A DNA stretch of 64,000 nucleotides from an uncultured Acidobacteriota bacterium (lineage in GTDB: Bacteria > Acidobacteriota > Thermoanaerobaculia > Multivoradales > JAHEKO01), in the NCBI GenBank assembly GCA_963713825.1, contig CAVQNG010000025.1:448001-512000 (forward strand), written 5' to 3'. The notes beneath the pieces were generated by a model. The model searched no databases. It saw nothing but the letters and a program-made list of their open reading frames with translations, and was not told where the DNA came from. The translations under genes were made by a program, and so were the position numbers. Numbering within the stretch: position 1 is the stretch's first letter; the number at the start of each line of letters is the position of its first letter. Shown here piece after piece: positions 27,523-36,814 of the stretch.

Positions 27523-28668
27523 GTGCGAGACGCCGCAGCCACCAGTAGGGGTGTGGCAGCCGATGCCGCCCATCTCGAACGCTCCTCCCTGGCGCTTCGA
27601 CTGATTCTGCTGGGCGCCCTGCTGTTCGGGTTCTTTGTGGGCCTGGACATGATGGGCCTGTCGTTCAAGCTCTTTGGAAAGGGCTTTGCCGAGGGCTTGA
27701 TCGAGAGAACCTCCAACCCATTCGTCGGCCTCTTCGTCGGGATACTCGCCACGACCCTTGTCCAAAGCTCTTCCACAACCACGTCCATGATCGTGGCCCT
27801 GGTGGCTGCGGGGGCTCTGACCATCGAAGGTGCCATCCCGATGGTGATGGGTGCGAACATCGGCACATCGGTGACCAACACGTTGGTCTCGTTGGCTCAC
27901 GTGACGCGTCGCGAGGAGTTCCAAAGAGCTTTTGCCGGCGCCACCGTGCACGATTTCTTCAACTGGTTGGCGGTCTTGATCCTGTTGCCTCTCGAATTGG
28001 CGACAGGGTATCTGGCTCGCTCTGCGGCTTTCTTCGAGACCGTGCTGGAGGGAGCTGGGGGATTTAGACTGTTCGACCCCTTGAAAGCGGCGGTCAGGCC
28101 CGTCTCTTCGGGGCTGGCAGAGTTGTTCGGCAATTCCGGAATCTTGGTTCTCATCGTCGGAGTCGGTCTACTGATCGCCAGCTTGAAGTTCCTGGTGGAT
28201 CTCCTCAAGGTACTGATGACCGGGCGGGCCGAGGCAACGCTTCACCGCACCCTATTCCGCTCCGCAATGGCGGCCGCAACAGCTGGTTTGGTGGTAACCG
28301 TCATGGTCCAAAGCAGCTCGATTACGACGTCGCTGATGGTGCCGCTGGTCGGCGCCGGGGTCGTGACACTCGAGCAGGTCTTCCCGTTTACCATCGGTGC
28401 CAATGTCGGCACCACCGTGACGGCCATGTTGGCCGCCCTGTCGACGGGCAGCCCCGCTGCCGTCAGTGTCGCGCTGTCGCATTTGATCTTCAATCTCAGC
28501 GCCGCGGTGTTGATTTATGTGCCCAAGCCGATCCGCGCCATTCCGCTGACCCTGGCGAAAGCGCTGGGCAAGATGGCGGCCAGAAACCGACTCTTGGCAG
28601 CCGCCTACATCCTGGTCTTCTTCTTCGGGCTGCCGATCTTGCTACTGTTGTTGACAGGAGCCCTTTGA
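27523..28668 (+). CDS. Na+/Pi cotransporter (NptA/SLC34-like)
   Basis: Two inverted QSSS repeats (LVQSSSTTTS, MVQSSSITTS) with GANIGT/GANVGT. The start may be GTG 27553. Confidence 0.92.
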   Translation: MRDAAATSRGVAADAAHLERSSLALRLILLGALLFGFFVGLDMMGLSFKLFGKGFAEGLIERTSNPFVGLFVGILATTLVQSSSTTTSMIVALVAAGALTIEGAIPMVMGANIGTSVTNTLVSLAHVTRREEFQRAFAGATVHDFFNWLAVLILLPLELATGYLARSAAFFETVLEGAGGFRLFDPLKAAVRPVSSGLAELFGNSGILVLIVGVGLLIASLKFLVDLLKVLMTGRAEATLHRTLFRSAMAAATAGLVVTVMVQSSSITTSLMVPLVGAGVVTLEQVFPFTIGANVGTTVTAMLAALSTGSPAAVSVALSHLIFNLSAAVLIYVPKPIRAIPLTLAKALGKMAARNRLLAAAYILVFFFGLPILLLLLTGAL

Positions 28669-28697
28669 CTCGAGAGAGCTTTCGTAGGAGAACTTCC

Positions 28698-29351
28698 ATG
28701 TTTCAACGACTCTTTGGTGCCGACTCGAAATCCAAGCTGGTGGAAGCTGCGTTCGAGGATGTGACGACGATGTTTCGGCAGTCCGCCAAGATGCTGGATC
28801 TCTCGGTGGGGGCCCTATTGAACAACGAGGCGCTGGAGGTCGACCTCGAAGATATGGACGATGTGGTGGACGAAGGGGAGCGCATGGTCCGGCGGACTAT
28901 TCTCCAGCATCTCAGCGTCAATCCCCGACAGGACCTCGTCGCCAGCCTGATTCTGGTGAGCACCGTTCAGGATGCCGAGAGGATTGGAGACTTCGCCCGC
29001 GGTCTTGGAGAGCTGGTCCAGCTCGCCGGGAGCCCTCGCGAAGGACAGTTCGCTGACGAGCTTCGGGCTCTGGCCGATCGGCTCCGTCCGATGTTCGATG
29101 TCTGCGAGCAGGCCTTCAGTGACGACGACGTGAAGAAGGCCCGCCGGGTTGTGGAGACCCATATCGAACTCAAGCAGGCGTTCAAAGACTACACGGCGAA
29201 GGTCGCCAAGAGTGAGCTCACTGCCGACATGGCAATCGTCTATGCAAGTGCGGCGCGCATCTTGAGACGGATCAGCGCTCACCTGAGCAATATCGCTTCC
29301 ACCGTGGTTCAACCCTACGATCGCATCCGTCATGGCGATGAGGATGTGTGA
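28698..29351 (+). CDS. PhoU-domain protein partnering the Na/Pi transporter
   Basis: DDVVDEGERMVRR, DAERIGDF and RRISAHLSNIA motifs. AGGAG RBS. Confidence 0.82.
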   Translation: MFQRLFGADSKSKLVEAAFEDVTTMFRQSAKMLDLSVGALLNNEALEVDLEDMDDVVDEGERMVRRTILQHLSVNPRQDLVASLILVSTVQDAERIGDFARGLGELVQLAGSPREGQFADELRALADRLRPMFDVCEQAFSDDDVKKARRVVETHIELKQAFKDYTAKVAKSELTADMAIVYASAARILRRISAHLSNIASTVVQPYDRIRHGDEDV

Positions 29352-30607
29352 GCCTCCTCGTCGCCCCAACAATCCGCTCCGAGCAACTGTCGAACGGACT
29401 TCAGGTCTGTCTCGTCGAGCGTAGGCAAGCTCCAGTAGTCGCTACTGCCCTGTGCTATAGGGCAGGCACTCTCGACGAACCCCCTGGGCGGGAGGGTGTA
29501 GCTCATTTCCTCGAGCACATGATGTTTCGCGGCTCGAGTGAGTTTGGCGAGGGTGAGATCGACCGCTTGACCCAGGCTCTGGGCGGCTCGAACAATGCCG
29601 ACACCTCTCACGATTGCACGACCTACTACTTTTCCTTTGCGAAGGATCGGTGGACTATCGCGCTGGAGATCGAGGCGGATCGAATGGCTGGACTACTCCT
29701 CGAGCCCGCGGTGGTCGAAGCCGAACGAGCGATCATCCTCGAAGAAGTGAAGATGCACCAGGATGACCCGTGGGATGCGCTCGAAGAGCAGGTCATGGCG
29801 GCTCTCTACGGCCACCATGCGTATGGCAGACCCGTTCTGGGTACTGTCGATTCCCTCGAGCGTGTCGATCGATTGGCGTTGGCCGAATTTCAATCGAGGT
29901 GCTATCGACCCGAGAACGCAGTGTTGGCCATTGCTGGGGATGTCGGGCCGGAAGCCTTCGACGAGGTCGAACGGTTCTTCGCCGGGGCGTCTGGCGGTGA
30001 GAGGCTGAGACCCCGGTCGCTGGGAGAGATGGGACCGAGCAGCGCCCAGCGTGTCGAGCGACGCCAAGGTGAGGTAGCGCGTGTGCTCTGTGCGGTTCGA
30101 GCTCCGGCCCTCGGAGAGCCAGAGTATCCCGCGATGAGGCTGATGGCTGCGATGCTAGGGGCCGGTCGTGCCAGTCGGTTGAATCGATGTCTGGTCGAAG
30201 AAGCACGCTCTTGTGCCTTCGTGTCCGTTGAAATGACCGAGACATTGGTGGCCGGAGCTTTGTTCATCGCGGCGGAGGTCATTCCAGGTTGGCGTCCACC
30301 GAAAGTGGAACGAATGCTAATGAGTGAGCTCGAGCGGTTTGCCAGGGGATCTTTCGAGGCGGGAGAGTTGGCCCGGGCCAAAAGTCTCCTGATCGCCGAT
30401 TGGGTGTTCGGACACGAACAGGCTCAGGAGATGGCGCTGACCATTGCCAACGCCGGAGCTTTGATGGACCCCGAGCTGCCAGCTCGCCACCTCGAGAAGA
30501 TACAACGCTGCAGTCTGCATGAGGTACAGGATGCCGCGGCGCAGTATCTGGGCGCTGCCACCCCAAAGGTCGTCGGTTGGTCGTTGCCCGCCAACAGTCG
30601 GAGTTGA
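29348..30607 (+). CDS. M16 zinc peptidase, catalytic subunit
   Basis: GVAHFLEHMMFRGS (HxxEH), NADTSHD and EADRM. GTGA overlap with the upstream gene. Confidence 0.92.
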   Translation: MSLLVAPTIRSEQLSNGLQVCLVERRQAPVVATALCYRAGTLDEPPGREGVAHFLEHMMFRGSSEFGEGEIDRLTQALGGSNNADTSHDCTTYYFSFAKDRWTIALEIEADRMAGLLLEPAVVEAERAIILEEVKMHQDDPWDALEEQVMAALYGHHAYGRPVLGTVDSLERVDRLALAEFQSRCYRPENAVLAIAGDVGPEAFDEVERFFAGASGGERLRPRSLGEMGPSSAQRVERRQGEVARVLCAVRAPALGEPEYPAMRLMAAMLGAGRASRLNRCLVEEARSCAFVSVEMTETLVAGALFIAAEVIPGWRPPKVERMLMSELERFARGSFEAGELARAKSLLIADWVFGHEQAQEMALTIANAGALMDPELPARHLEKIQRCSLHEVQDAAAQYLGAATPKVVGWSLPANSRS

Positions 30608-30615
30608 GAGTCGAT

Positions 30616-31827
30616 ATGCCTGCATCCTCCATCCGAGTTCGCTCGTTGTGTGACTCCAAGGTGGTCTCGGTTCAGGTCAGGTTGACAGGCGGGTCGCGGA
30701 CCGAACAGGTTCCTGGCCAGGCTTCGATCACGGGGAGGATGCTGGCAGAGGGTACCGAGCGGCGCGACTGGCGCCAGATCGCGGAGCAGGCCGAGGACCT
30801 AGGAATGTCGGTCACGGCGTTCGGAGGCCTGGAGACGATCGGTGTGGCGATCGAAGCCCTGGCCCAAGACTGGGAACGGGCTGTCGAGTGGGCTGCGGAG
30901 CTGGTCTTGGAGCCGTCTTTCCCGCAGGATCGGTTCGAGTGGCTGGTTCAGCAGACCTCAGCCGAACTGCGCTCGCTGGGGGATCAGCCGGATGTGAGGA
31001 CGGGTTGGGAGTTCTTGAACCAGCTCTACCACCCTCACCCGAGATCGCGTCCAGTTCAAGGAACCCTCGAGGGACTTGCGTCGCTGGAGAAGGGAGCCTG
31101 CGCGGGATTCTGGCGAGAGAGCTTGTCGAGCTGTCGACTCGTAACGATTTGTGGAGGATTCGAGGACGAAGATCAAGTGATCGGGCGCGCGGAGTCACTG
31201 TTCGGTCAGCCGCCACCAGGAAGCTCGGAGCAGCTGGTCGCTGCTCCCCGAGGCGGTGGTAGGGCCCATAGGAAGGTGTCGATCGCAGGCGCGGATCAGG
31301 CACATCTCTATGCCGGACATCTGACGATCCCGAGGACCGATCCCGATCTGCCTGCAATGCAAGTGCTGAGCGTCATTCTCGGCTCTGGTTCCGTTCTATC
31401 CGGCCGACTCCCTCAGCGGCTCAGGGAGCGCGAAGGGCTGGCCTATGTCGCCAGTGCCAGTGCCGCTGCGGGCGCTGGTCTGGATCCGGGTCGGTTCGTC
31501 GTCTATCTGGGTACGGCTGTCGAAAGCCTGGAGCGGGCCGAGAGCTACATGCGGGAGGAGATCGACTTGTTGATCTCCCATGGAGTCACGGAGAGGGAAG
31601 TGGAAGAAGCCAAGTCCTATCTGATCGGGCGCGAGCCGTTCCGCCGAGAAACTGCTCGCCAGTGGGCCGAGCTATTGGCTGAGGCGGAGCTGTACGGTGA
31701 GCCGGTCGATCGCCCCGAGTGGTGCACGAATCGGTGGCGCCAGGTAAGCCGGGAGGAAGTCGAGGCTGCAGCGCGAAGACACCTGCGCCCAGCAGAGATC
31801 AAGGTGACGGTTGGAATGCCCTCTTGA
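30616..31827 (+). CDS. M16 peptidase, non-catalytic partner subunit
   Basis: M16 fold without HxxEH (RMLAEGT). RLREREGLAY motif. Confidence 0.85.
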   Translation: MPASSIRVRSLCDSKVVSVQVRLTGGSRTEQVPGQASITGRMLAEGTERRDWRQIAEQAEDLGMSVTAFGGLETIGVAIEALAQDWERAVEWAAELVLEPSFPQDRFEWLVQQTSAELRSLGDQPDVRTGWEFLNQLYHPHPRSRPVQGTLEGLASLEKGACAGFWRESLSSCRLVTICGGFEDEDQVIGRAESLFGQPPPGSSEQLVAAPRGGGRAHRKVSIAGADQAHLYAGHLTIPRTDPDLPAMQVLSVILGSGSVLSGRLPQRLREREGLAYVASASAAAGAGLDPGRFVVYLGTAVESLERAESYMREEIDLLISHGVTEREVEEAKSYLIGREPFRRETARQWAELLAEAELYGEPVDRPEWCTNRWRQVSREEVEAAARRHLRPAEIKVTVGMPS

Positions 31828-31870
31828 TCGCTCACCCGCCCTTGCTTGCGCCTGCCTCGGAGCCGCCCGT

Positions 31871-33184
31871 CTAAAGTAGTTGGCTCGCCAGATTGGCGAG
31901 CTCGGAGCGTTCGCCCTTCTCGAGGTTGACGTGGGCGTACAGCGGATTGTCAGTGATGCGGTCGATCAGGTAGGAGAGTCCGTTGCTCTGGGTGTCGAGA
32001 TAAGGGGTGTCGATCTGGAAGATATCGCCTGTGAAGACGACCTTGGTTCCTTCGCCGGCTCGTGTGATGACGGTCTTGACTTCATGCGGCGTCAGATTCT
32101 GCGCTTCGTCGACGATGAAGATGATGTGCGACAAGCTGCGACCGCGGATGTAGGCCAGCGGCAGCACATGCAGTTTGTCGTTCTCGATCATCTCCTGAAT
32201 CTTCCGGTGCTCCTTCTGGGACGAGCTGAACAGATTCTTGATCAAACCCAGGTTGTCCCAAAGGGGCTGCATGTAGGGTCCGATCTTCGACTGGATGTCT
32301 CCGGGAAGAAATCCAATGTCGCGATTCCCTAGCGGCACGATCGGGCGGGTCAGGTAGATCTGTCGGAAGTTCCGCCTCTGCTCCAGCGCTCCGGCCAGAG
32401 CGAGGAGGGTCTTGCCGGTTCCCGCCGGGCCGGTCAGGGAAACCAACGAGATCTGGGGACTGAGGATGGCGTGCATCGCGAAGATCTGCTCGGCGTTGCG
32501 GGGCGAGACTCCGTAGGCGGAGCTCTTGGTCACCGGTTCGATTCTTTTCTGCTGGGGATTGAAGTACGCCAGAGCCGACTGCGTTCCGCCTTTGAAGATG
32601 AAGTACTGATTGGCGGGCGGTGCCTCCTCGAGCAGGTCCTCCCAGGCCAGGAAACCCTCCTCGAAGAGTCGATCGATGAGCGGATTGGCGATCTCGAGCT
32701 CCCTGGTGCCTTTGTAGAGATGCTGAATGTCCCTGATGCGGACACTCTCGTAGTCCTCCGCGACGAGTCCCAGTCCCCGCGCCTTGACGCGTAGGTTGAT
32801 GTCCTTGCTGACCAGGATCACCTTGCGCTCGGTCTCCTTCTCGGCGATCTGGAAGGCCGCATTGAGAATCCGATGATCGTTCTTTCGCGGGCTGAAGACC
32901 TGGGTCACCTGTGGCTCGATCGGTTGGTCGGTCACGATGCGGAACCGACCCTTGGCGGGACCGTTGATCGGAGTCCAGGTCCGAACGTCGACCGACTCCG
33001 ACAGGTGGTCGAGCTCTCGCATAAAGCCGCGGGCTTGCAGATTGATGACGCCGTTGCCTTTCTTGAACTGGTCGAGCTCCTCTAGGACGGTGATCGGCAC
33101 CACCACATCGTGCTCATCGAAGTTGTTGATGGCGTTGGCGTCGTAGAGGATGACAGAGGTATCGAGAACGAAGATCTTGGTCAT
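31871..33184 (-). CDS. PIN-PhoH (PhoH2) protein
   Basis: PIN domain: FVLDTSV, EELD, NDHRIL, SKDINLR. PhoH domain: GPAGTGKT, GFLPG, YIRGRS, DEAQN, GDIFQID. Confidence 0.93.
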   Translation of the reverse strand: MTKIFVLDTSVILYDANAINNFDEHDVVVPITVLEELDQFKKGNGVINLQARGFMRELDHLSESVDVRTWTPINGPAKGRFRIVTDQPIEPQVTQVFSPRKNDHRILNAAFQIAEKETERKVILVSKDINLRVKARGLGLVAEDYESVRIRDIQHLYKGTRELEIANPLIDRLFEEGFLAWEDLLEEAPPANQYFIFKGGTQSALAYFNPQQKRIEPVTKSSAYGVSPRNAEQIFAMHAILSPQISLVSLTGPAGTGKTLLALAGALEQRRNFRQIYLTRPIVPLGNRDIGFLPGDIQSKIGPYMQPLWDNLGLIKNLFSSSQKEHRKIQEMIENDKLHVLPLAYIRGRSLSHIIFIVDEAQNLTPHEVKTVITRAGEGTKVVFTGDIFQIDTPYLDTQSNGLSYLIDRITDNPLYAHVNLEKGERSELANLASQLL

Positions 33185-33191
33185 ATCGTTG

Positions 33192-34118
33192 TCAGTCGGC
33201 GGAGGCAGTTGCACGGCGCTCGGAGGGCTGGATGGAGACCATGGTAATCGCCATGACGAGAGTAGCAGCACCCATCCATTGCCAGGGGCGCAGTACCGAG
33301 CCGTTGATCAAATAGTCGAGCAGGATCGCGCTCAAGGGTAAGCACAGCTCACAGATGGCCGAGACGCTGGCACGCACACGCGTCAGGCCGAAGTAGTACA
33401 AGAAGATGGCGCCGCTGCCGGTGGTCAGGCCGATGGTGAGAATTAGCAGCCAGTTGAACCGGGTCACTTCGCCGAAGGGCAGCCCCTGACCCGAGAGGAG
33501 CAAGTAGATCAAAGTGAACAGGGCGGTCAGGCCGTAGCGACCGAAGGTCGCCTGCCGAAAGTCGAGCACCTTCAGAATTCTCTTGCCGAGAACGGTTGCC
33601 GTGCCGAATGCGGCCGCCGCAAGGGCTGCCCAGGCAGCGGCGATGGCCGTCGTCGTGCCACCACTCAAGTCCGGAATCTGGGCACCGAAGGTCAGCAGGT
33701 AGGCGCCGACCAGGGCGACAGCCGACCAGCCCACGAACCGGGTGGTCAGAGGCTCTTTGAGCACGATGGCGGCGAGAACGATGGCGAAGACGGGTTGCAA
33801 CTTCTGAAGTAGAACCACCACGCTGACCTGACTGAAGTTCACCATGAACAGGGCCTTGACGATGGCGAACGTTCCCAGGACCCCTCCGGTGAGAGCTACC
33901 AGGCCGAGGAAGATCCAGTCGATTGTCGACAAGGCCGCCAGGGCCCGATAGCTCCTGTGGAGCACGGGTTGCATCAACAGGAACGGCACCGCGTGGAGGA
34001 GGAACACCACGAAGGGTACGGACAAATTGAACAGGCGGGGGGTCAGAACGACGCCATCCAGGCCCCATAGGACGGCGGCAATACAGATTGCCAGTGCTCC
34101 TTGGTAGGCGGATCGCAT
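33192..34118 (-). CDS. EamA/DMT-family transporter
   Basis: About 10 TM segments in two repeats. AAVLWGLDG, LQKLQPVF and ELCLPLSA motifs. Confidence 0.88.
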   Translation of the reverse strand: MRSAYQGALAICIAAVLWGLDGVVLTPRLFNLSVPFVVFLLHAVPFLLMQPVLHRSYRALAALSTIDWIFLGLVALTGGVLGTFAIVKALFMVNFSQVSVVVLLQKLQPVFAIVLAAIVLKEPLTTRFVGWSAVALVGAYLLTFGAQIPDLSGGTTTAIAAAWAALAAAAFGTATVLGKRILKVLDFRQATFGRYGLTALFTLIYLLLSGQGLPFGEVTRFNWLLILTIGLTTGSGAIFLYYFGLTRVRASVSAICELCLPLSAILLDYLINGSVLRPWQWMGAATLVMAITMVSIQPSERRATASAD

Positions 34119-34151
34119 GAGGCGGCGCGATGCTAGCACTCTTCGCCCTGT

Positions 34152-34283
34152 TGAGGACAAGAAGAAACCCCCACCGGAGCTGGGGGGAGGCCAGTGTGAA
34201 GTCTCCGGCGGGGCTGGTAAACACCTGGGAGGTATTACCATGTGTAGTCTCTTCCGGTGACGGGGCGATGAGGTGAAGAGACA
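34152..34283 (-). ncRNA. Candidate structured RNA (three hairpins with C-rich loops, ending in an intrinsic terminator)
   Basis: Stems GTCTCTTC/GAAGAGAC, GGTAATACCT/AGGTGTTTACC and CCCCGCCGGAG/CTCCGGTGGGG, followed by GTTTCTTCTT. Confidence 0.45.
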
Positions 34284-34301
34284 GTGACAGCAGAGTGACA
34301 A
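34273..34301 (-). promoter_or_regulatory. Pho box between ppx and eamA-phoH2
   Basis: TTGTCAC-TCTG-CTGTCAC-TGTC-TCTTCAC, 11-bp period. Confidence 0.7.
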
Positions 34302-34349
34302 CAGCCTTCGGGGGTCGTCCGCCCCGCGCGAAAGGGATATAAAGGCACC

Positions 34350-35906
34350 ATGCAACGGCGTGGGATCGTTGATCTGGGGTCCAACACTGCCAGGCTCGTG
34401 GACTACCTGGTGGAGCCGGGCGAGTGGTACCGACTGGCCCATCAGATTCGCCAACCGGTGCGGCTCGGTCAGGGGCTTGGCGAAGATGGGCTGATTTCAG
34501 AGAAAGCGATGCGCAGGGCCGGCAAAGCGCTCGAACTCTTTGCCCAGTATGCGAAGGCCACCGGCCTCGGCAGTCTTGAGGTGCTTGGCACAAGTGCCCT
34601 CAGGGACGCTGCGAACCGCGATGTGTTTCTCGACGGCGTGGCCGACCTGGGGCTCGACATCGATGTGCTATCGGGTGAGGAGGAGGCCAAGCTCGGTGTG
34701 CTGGCAGTGGCCAACGGCTTCGATCTCGAGGATGCCGCCGTGATGGACCTCGGGGGCGGTAGTGCTCAGCTGTCGCTCATGCAGGGTCGACGGTTCGCCG
34801 GGGGTCGGGCCTATCCCCTGGGGGCAGTTCGACTCAGCGAGCGGTTCCTGCTCTCCGACCCCCCGAAGAAGCGCCAGATTGCGGCGCTCGAGGCGGCTGT
34901 CGAGGCCGAGCTCGGAGGAGTCGTGCGGGAGATGCAGGTGCACGACTTACCACTCGTGGCCATGGGTGGCACGATCCGCAACCTGGCTCGAGCAGTGCAG
35001 AAGGAACAAGAGTATCCGCTGATGGAGAGGGTCCATGGCTTTTTCCTGAAGCTCGAGGATCTGGAGGAACTCGTCTCACGCCTTCTTGAGCTCAAAGCCA
35101 AGAAACGGGCTCGGGTACCGGGAATCAAGTCGGATCGGGCCGACATCATTGTCGCCGGTGGCCTGGTGTATCGCTGGCTCCTGCGCCAGGCTCGTCTCGA
35201 CGGCGTCTGGATATCGGGCTCCGGCCTGCGTGAGGGGGCGCTCCTTCGGCACCTCCTGCCGCCTCCCCATCTGATCGAGAATCTGCGATCGTTCAGCGTC
35301 CAGAACCTTCTCCAGAAGTACTCGCAATCGAAAGAGCACATCGAGCTGATGAGAGTGCTCTCGGGCAAGCTATTCGACGGCCTGAAGGCACTCCACGGCT
35401 TCGGGGATCGCGAGATGGATCTTCTCGATGCCGCCACCGTGCTGCAAGACATCGGCTTGGCGGTCAATTACTTCCGTCACGACCGGCACGGTGCCTATCT
35501 GGTCTCGTCGGCACCCCTGATGGGCTTCACTCACCGTGAACAGGCGCTGCTCGCGCAGCTCGTTCGCTATCACCTGCGCGGCAGACCGCGGCTAGGAATC
35601 TATGAACCGATCTGCGAGCCGGACGACAAGCGCTTGCTTCTGACCCTTGCAGCCTGCTTACGGGTGGCGGACCATCTCGAGCGACCGCGCGGTAGGCGTG
35701 TCCAAGACCTGGAAGTGGAGATCGGTGATTCCGAGGTCCTAGTCCGTCCCGTGGCAGCCGAGGATCTGGCCCTCGAGCTCTGGCAGATCGACCAGCATGG
35801 AGAGCTCTTCGAGGCGGCATTCGGCCGCGCGCTGGTCGTGAAGCCCATCTATCGAGAGAGCAGGAGTACTGTTAGTCCGCCTCCCCAGACTGTCACAGAT
35901 CTGTAA
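34350..35906 (+). CDS. ppx: Exopolyphosphatase Ppx/GppA with C-terminal HD-like domain
   Basis: DLGSNT, TSALRDAAN, SGEEEA, DLGGGS, GGTIR, RADII and GLREG motifs. Confidence 0.93.
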   Translation: MQRRGIVDLGSNTARLVDYLVEPGEWYRLAHQIRQPVRLGQGLGEDGLISEKAMRRAGKALELFAQYAKATGLGSLEVLGTSALRDAANRDVFLDGVADLGLDIDVLSGEEEAKLGVLAVANGFDLEDAAVMDLGGGSAQLSLMQGRRFAGGRAYPLGAVRLSERFLLSDPPKKRQIAALEAAVEAELGGVVREMQVHDLPLVAMGGTIRNLARAVQKEQEYPLMERVHGFFLKLEDLEELVSRLLELKAKKRARVPGIKSDRADIIVAGGLVYRWLLRQARLDGVWISGSGLREGALLRHLLPPPHLIENLRSFSVQNLLQKYSQSKEHIELMRVLSGKLFDGLKALHGFGDREMDLLDAATVLQDIGLAVNYFRHDRHGAYLVSSAPLMGFTHREQALLAQLVRYHLRGRPRLGIYEPICEPDDKRLLLTLAACLRVADHLERPRGRRVQDLEVEIGDSEVLVRPVAAEDLALELWQIDQHGELFEAAFGRALVVKPIYRESRSTVSPPPQTVTDL

Positions 35907-35907
35907 C
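35890..35907 (+). promoter_or_regulatory. Pho box upstream of stand-alone pstB
   Basis: CTGTCAC-AGAT-CTGTAAC, a near-perfect match to the E. coli consensus. Confidence 0.82.
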
Positions 35908-35955
35908 ACCACTTTCGTCTAGTCCGCCGCTGGGCCAGCGTAGACTTTCTGGGCT

Positions 35956-36804
35956 ATGTTCGAGTTCGCCTCTGTTCAGCCCGCCAACGATCAACCCATT
36001 CAGGCAGCCGATCGCGAGGACCGAGGACCGGCGATCGTCGCGGACATCCCCGACCCTGTCGTCGAGATCGAGAACCTCTCGCTGTATTACGGCGACAAGC
36101 AGGCTCTCAATGACATCTCGATGAAGATCCCGCACAAGCAGATCACGGCCTACATCGGTCCGTCGGGGTGCGGAAAGTCGACCCTACTGCGTTGTTTGAA
36201 TCGTCTCAATGATCTGATCCCAGGCGTCAGGATCGACGGCACCATAGAGTTCGAAGGCCTCGACATCTACAGAAAGGGTGTCGACGTCAATCGTCTGCGC
36301 AAGCGAATCGGGATGGTCTTTCAGAAGCCCAATCCGTTCCCCAAGTCGATCTTCGACAACATCGCGTACGGGTGCCAGATCAAGGGCTTGACAGGTCGGG
36401 TCGAGCTGGAGGAGATCGTCGAGCACAGCCTGCGCCGGGCCGCCTTGTGGGACGAGGTCAAGGACCGCCTGGATGACGACGCCTATGGCCTCTCGGGTGG
36501 ACAGCAGCAGCGGCTGTGCATCGCCAGGGCCATCGCCACCGAGCCGGAGGTCATTCTGTTCGACGAGCCCTGCTCGGCGCTCGACCCGATCTCCACGGGA
36601 AAGATCGAAGACCTGATGCAGGAGCTCAAGCAGCACTACTCCCAGGTCATCGTCACCCATAACATGCAGCAGGCCTCGAGAATCTCCGACTACACGGCCT
36701 TCATGTATCTGGGGGATCTGGTCGAATACGGGTTGACCAAGAGCCTGTTCGTCAACCCGATCAAACAGCAGACCGAAGACTACATCACCGGTCGTTTCGG
36801 CTGA
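35956..36804 (+). CDS. pstB: Phosphate ABC transporter ATPase PstB (canonical)
   Basis: [46 protein letters not shown] and YITGRFG motifs. Confidence 0.95.
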   Translation: MFEFASVQPANDQPIQAADREDRGPAIVADIPDPVVEIENLSLYYGDKQALNDISMKIPHKQITAYIGPSGCGKSTLLRCLNRLNDLIPGVRIDGTIEFEGLDIYRKGVDVNRLRKRIGMVFQKPNPFPKSIFDNIAYGCQIKGLTGRVELEEIVEHSLRRAALWDEVKDRLDDDAYGLSGGQQQRLCIARAIATEPEVILFDEPCSALDPISTGKIEDLMQELKQHYSQVIVTHNMQQASRISDYTAFMYLGDLVEYGLTKSLFVNPIKQQTEDYITGRFG

Positions 36805-36814
36805 TCCAGCGCTG

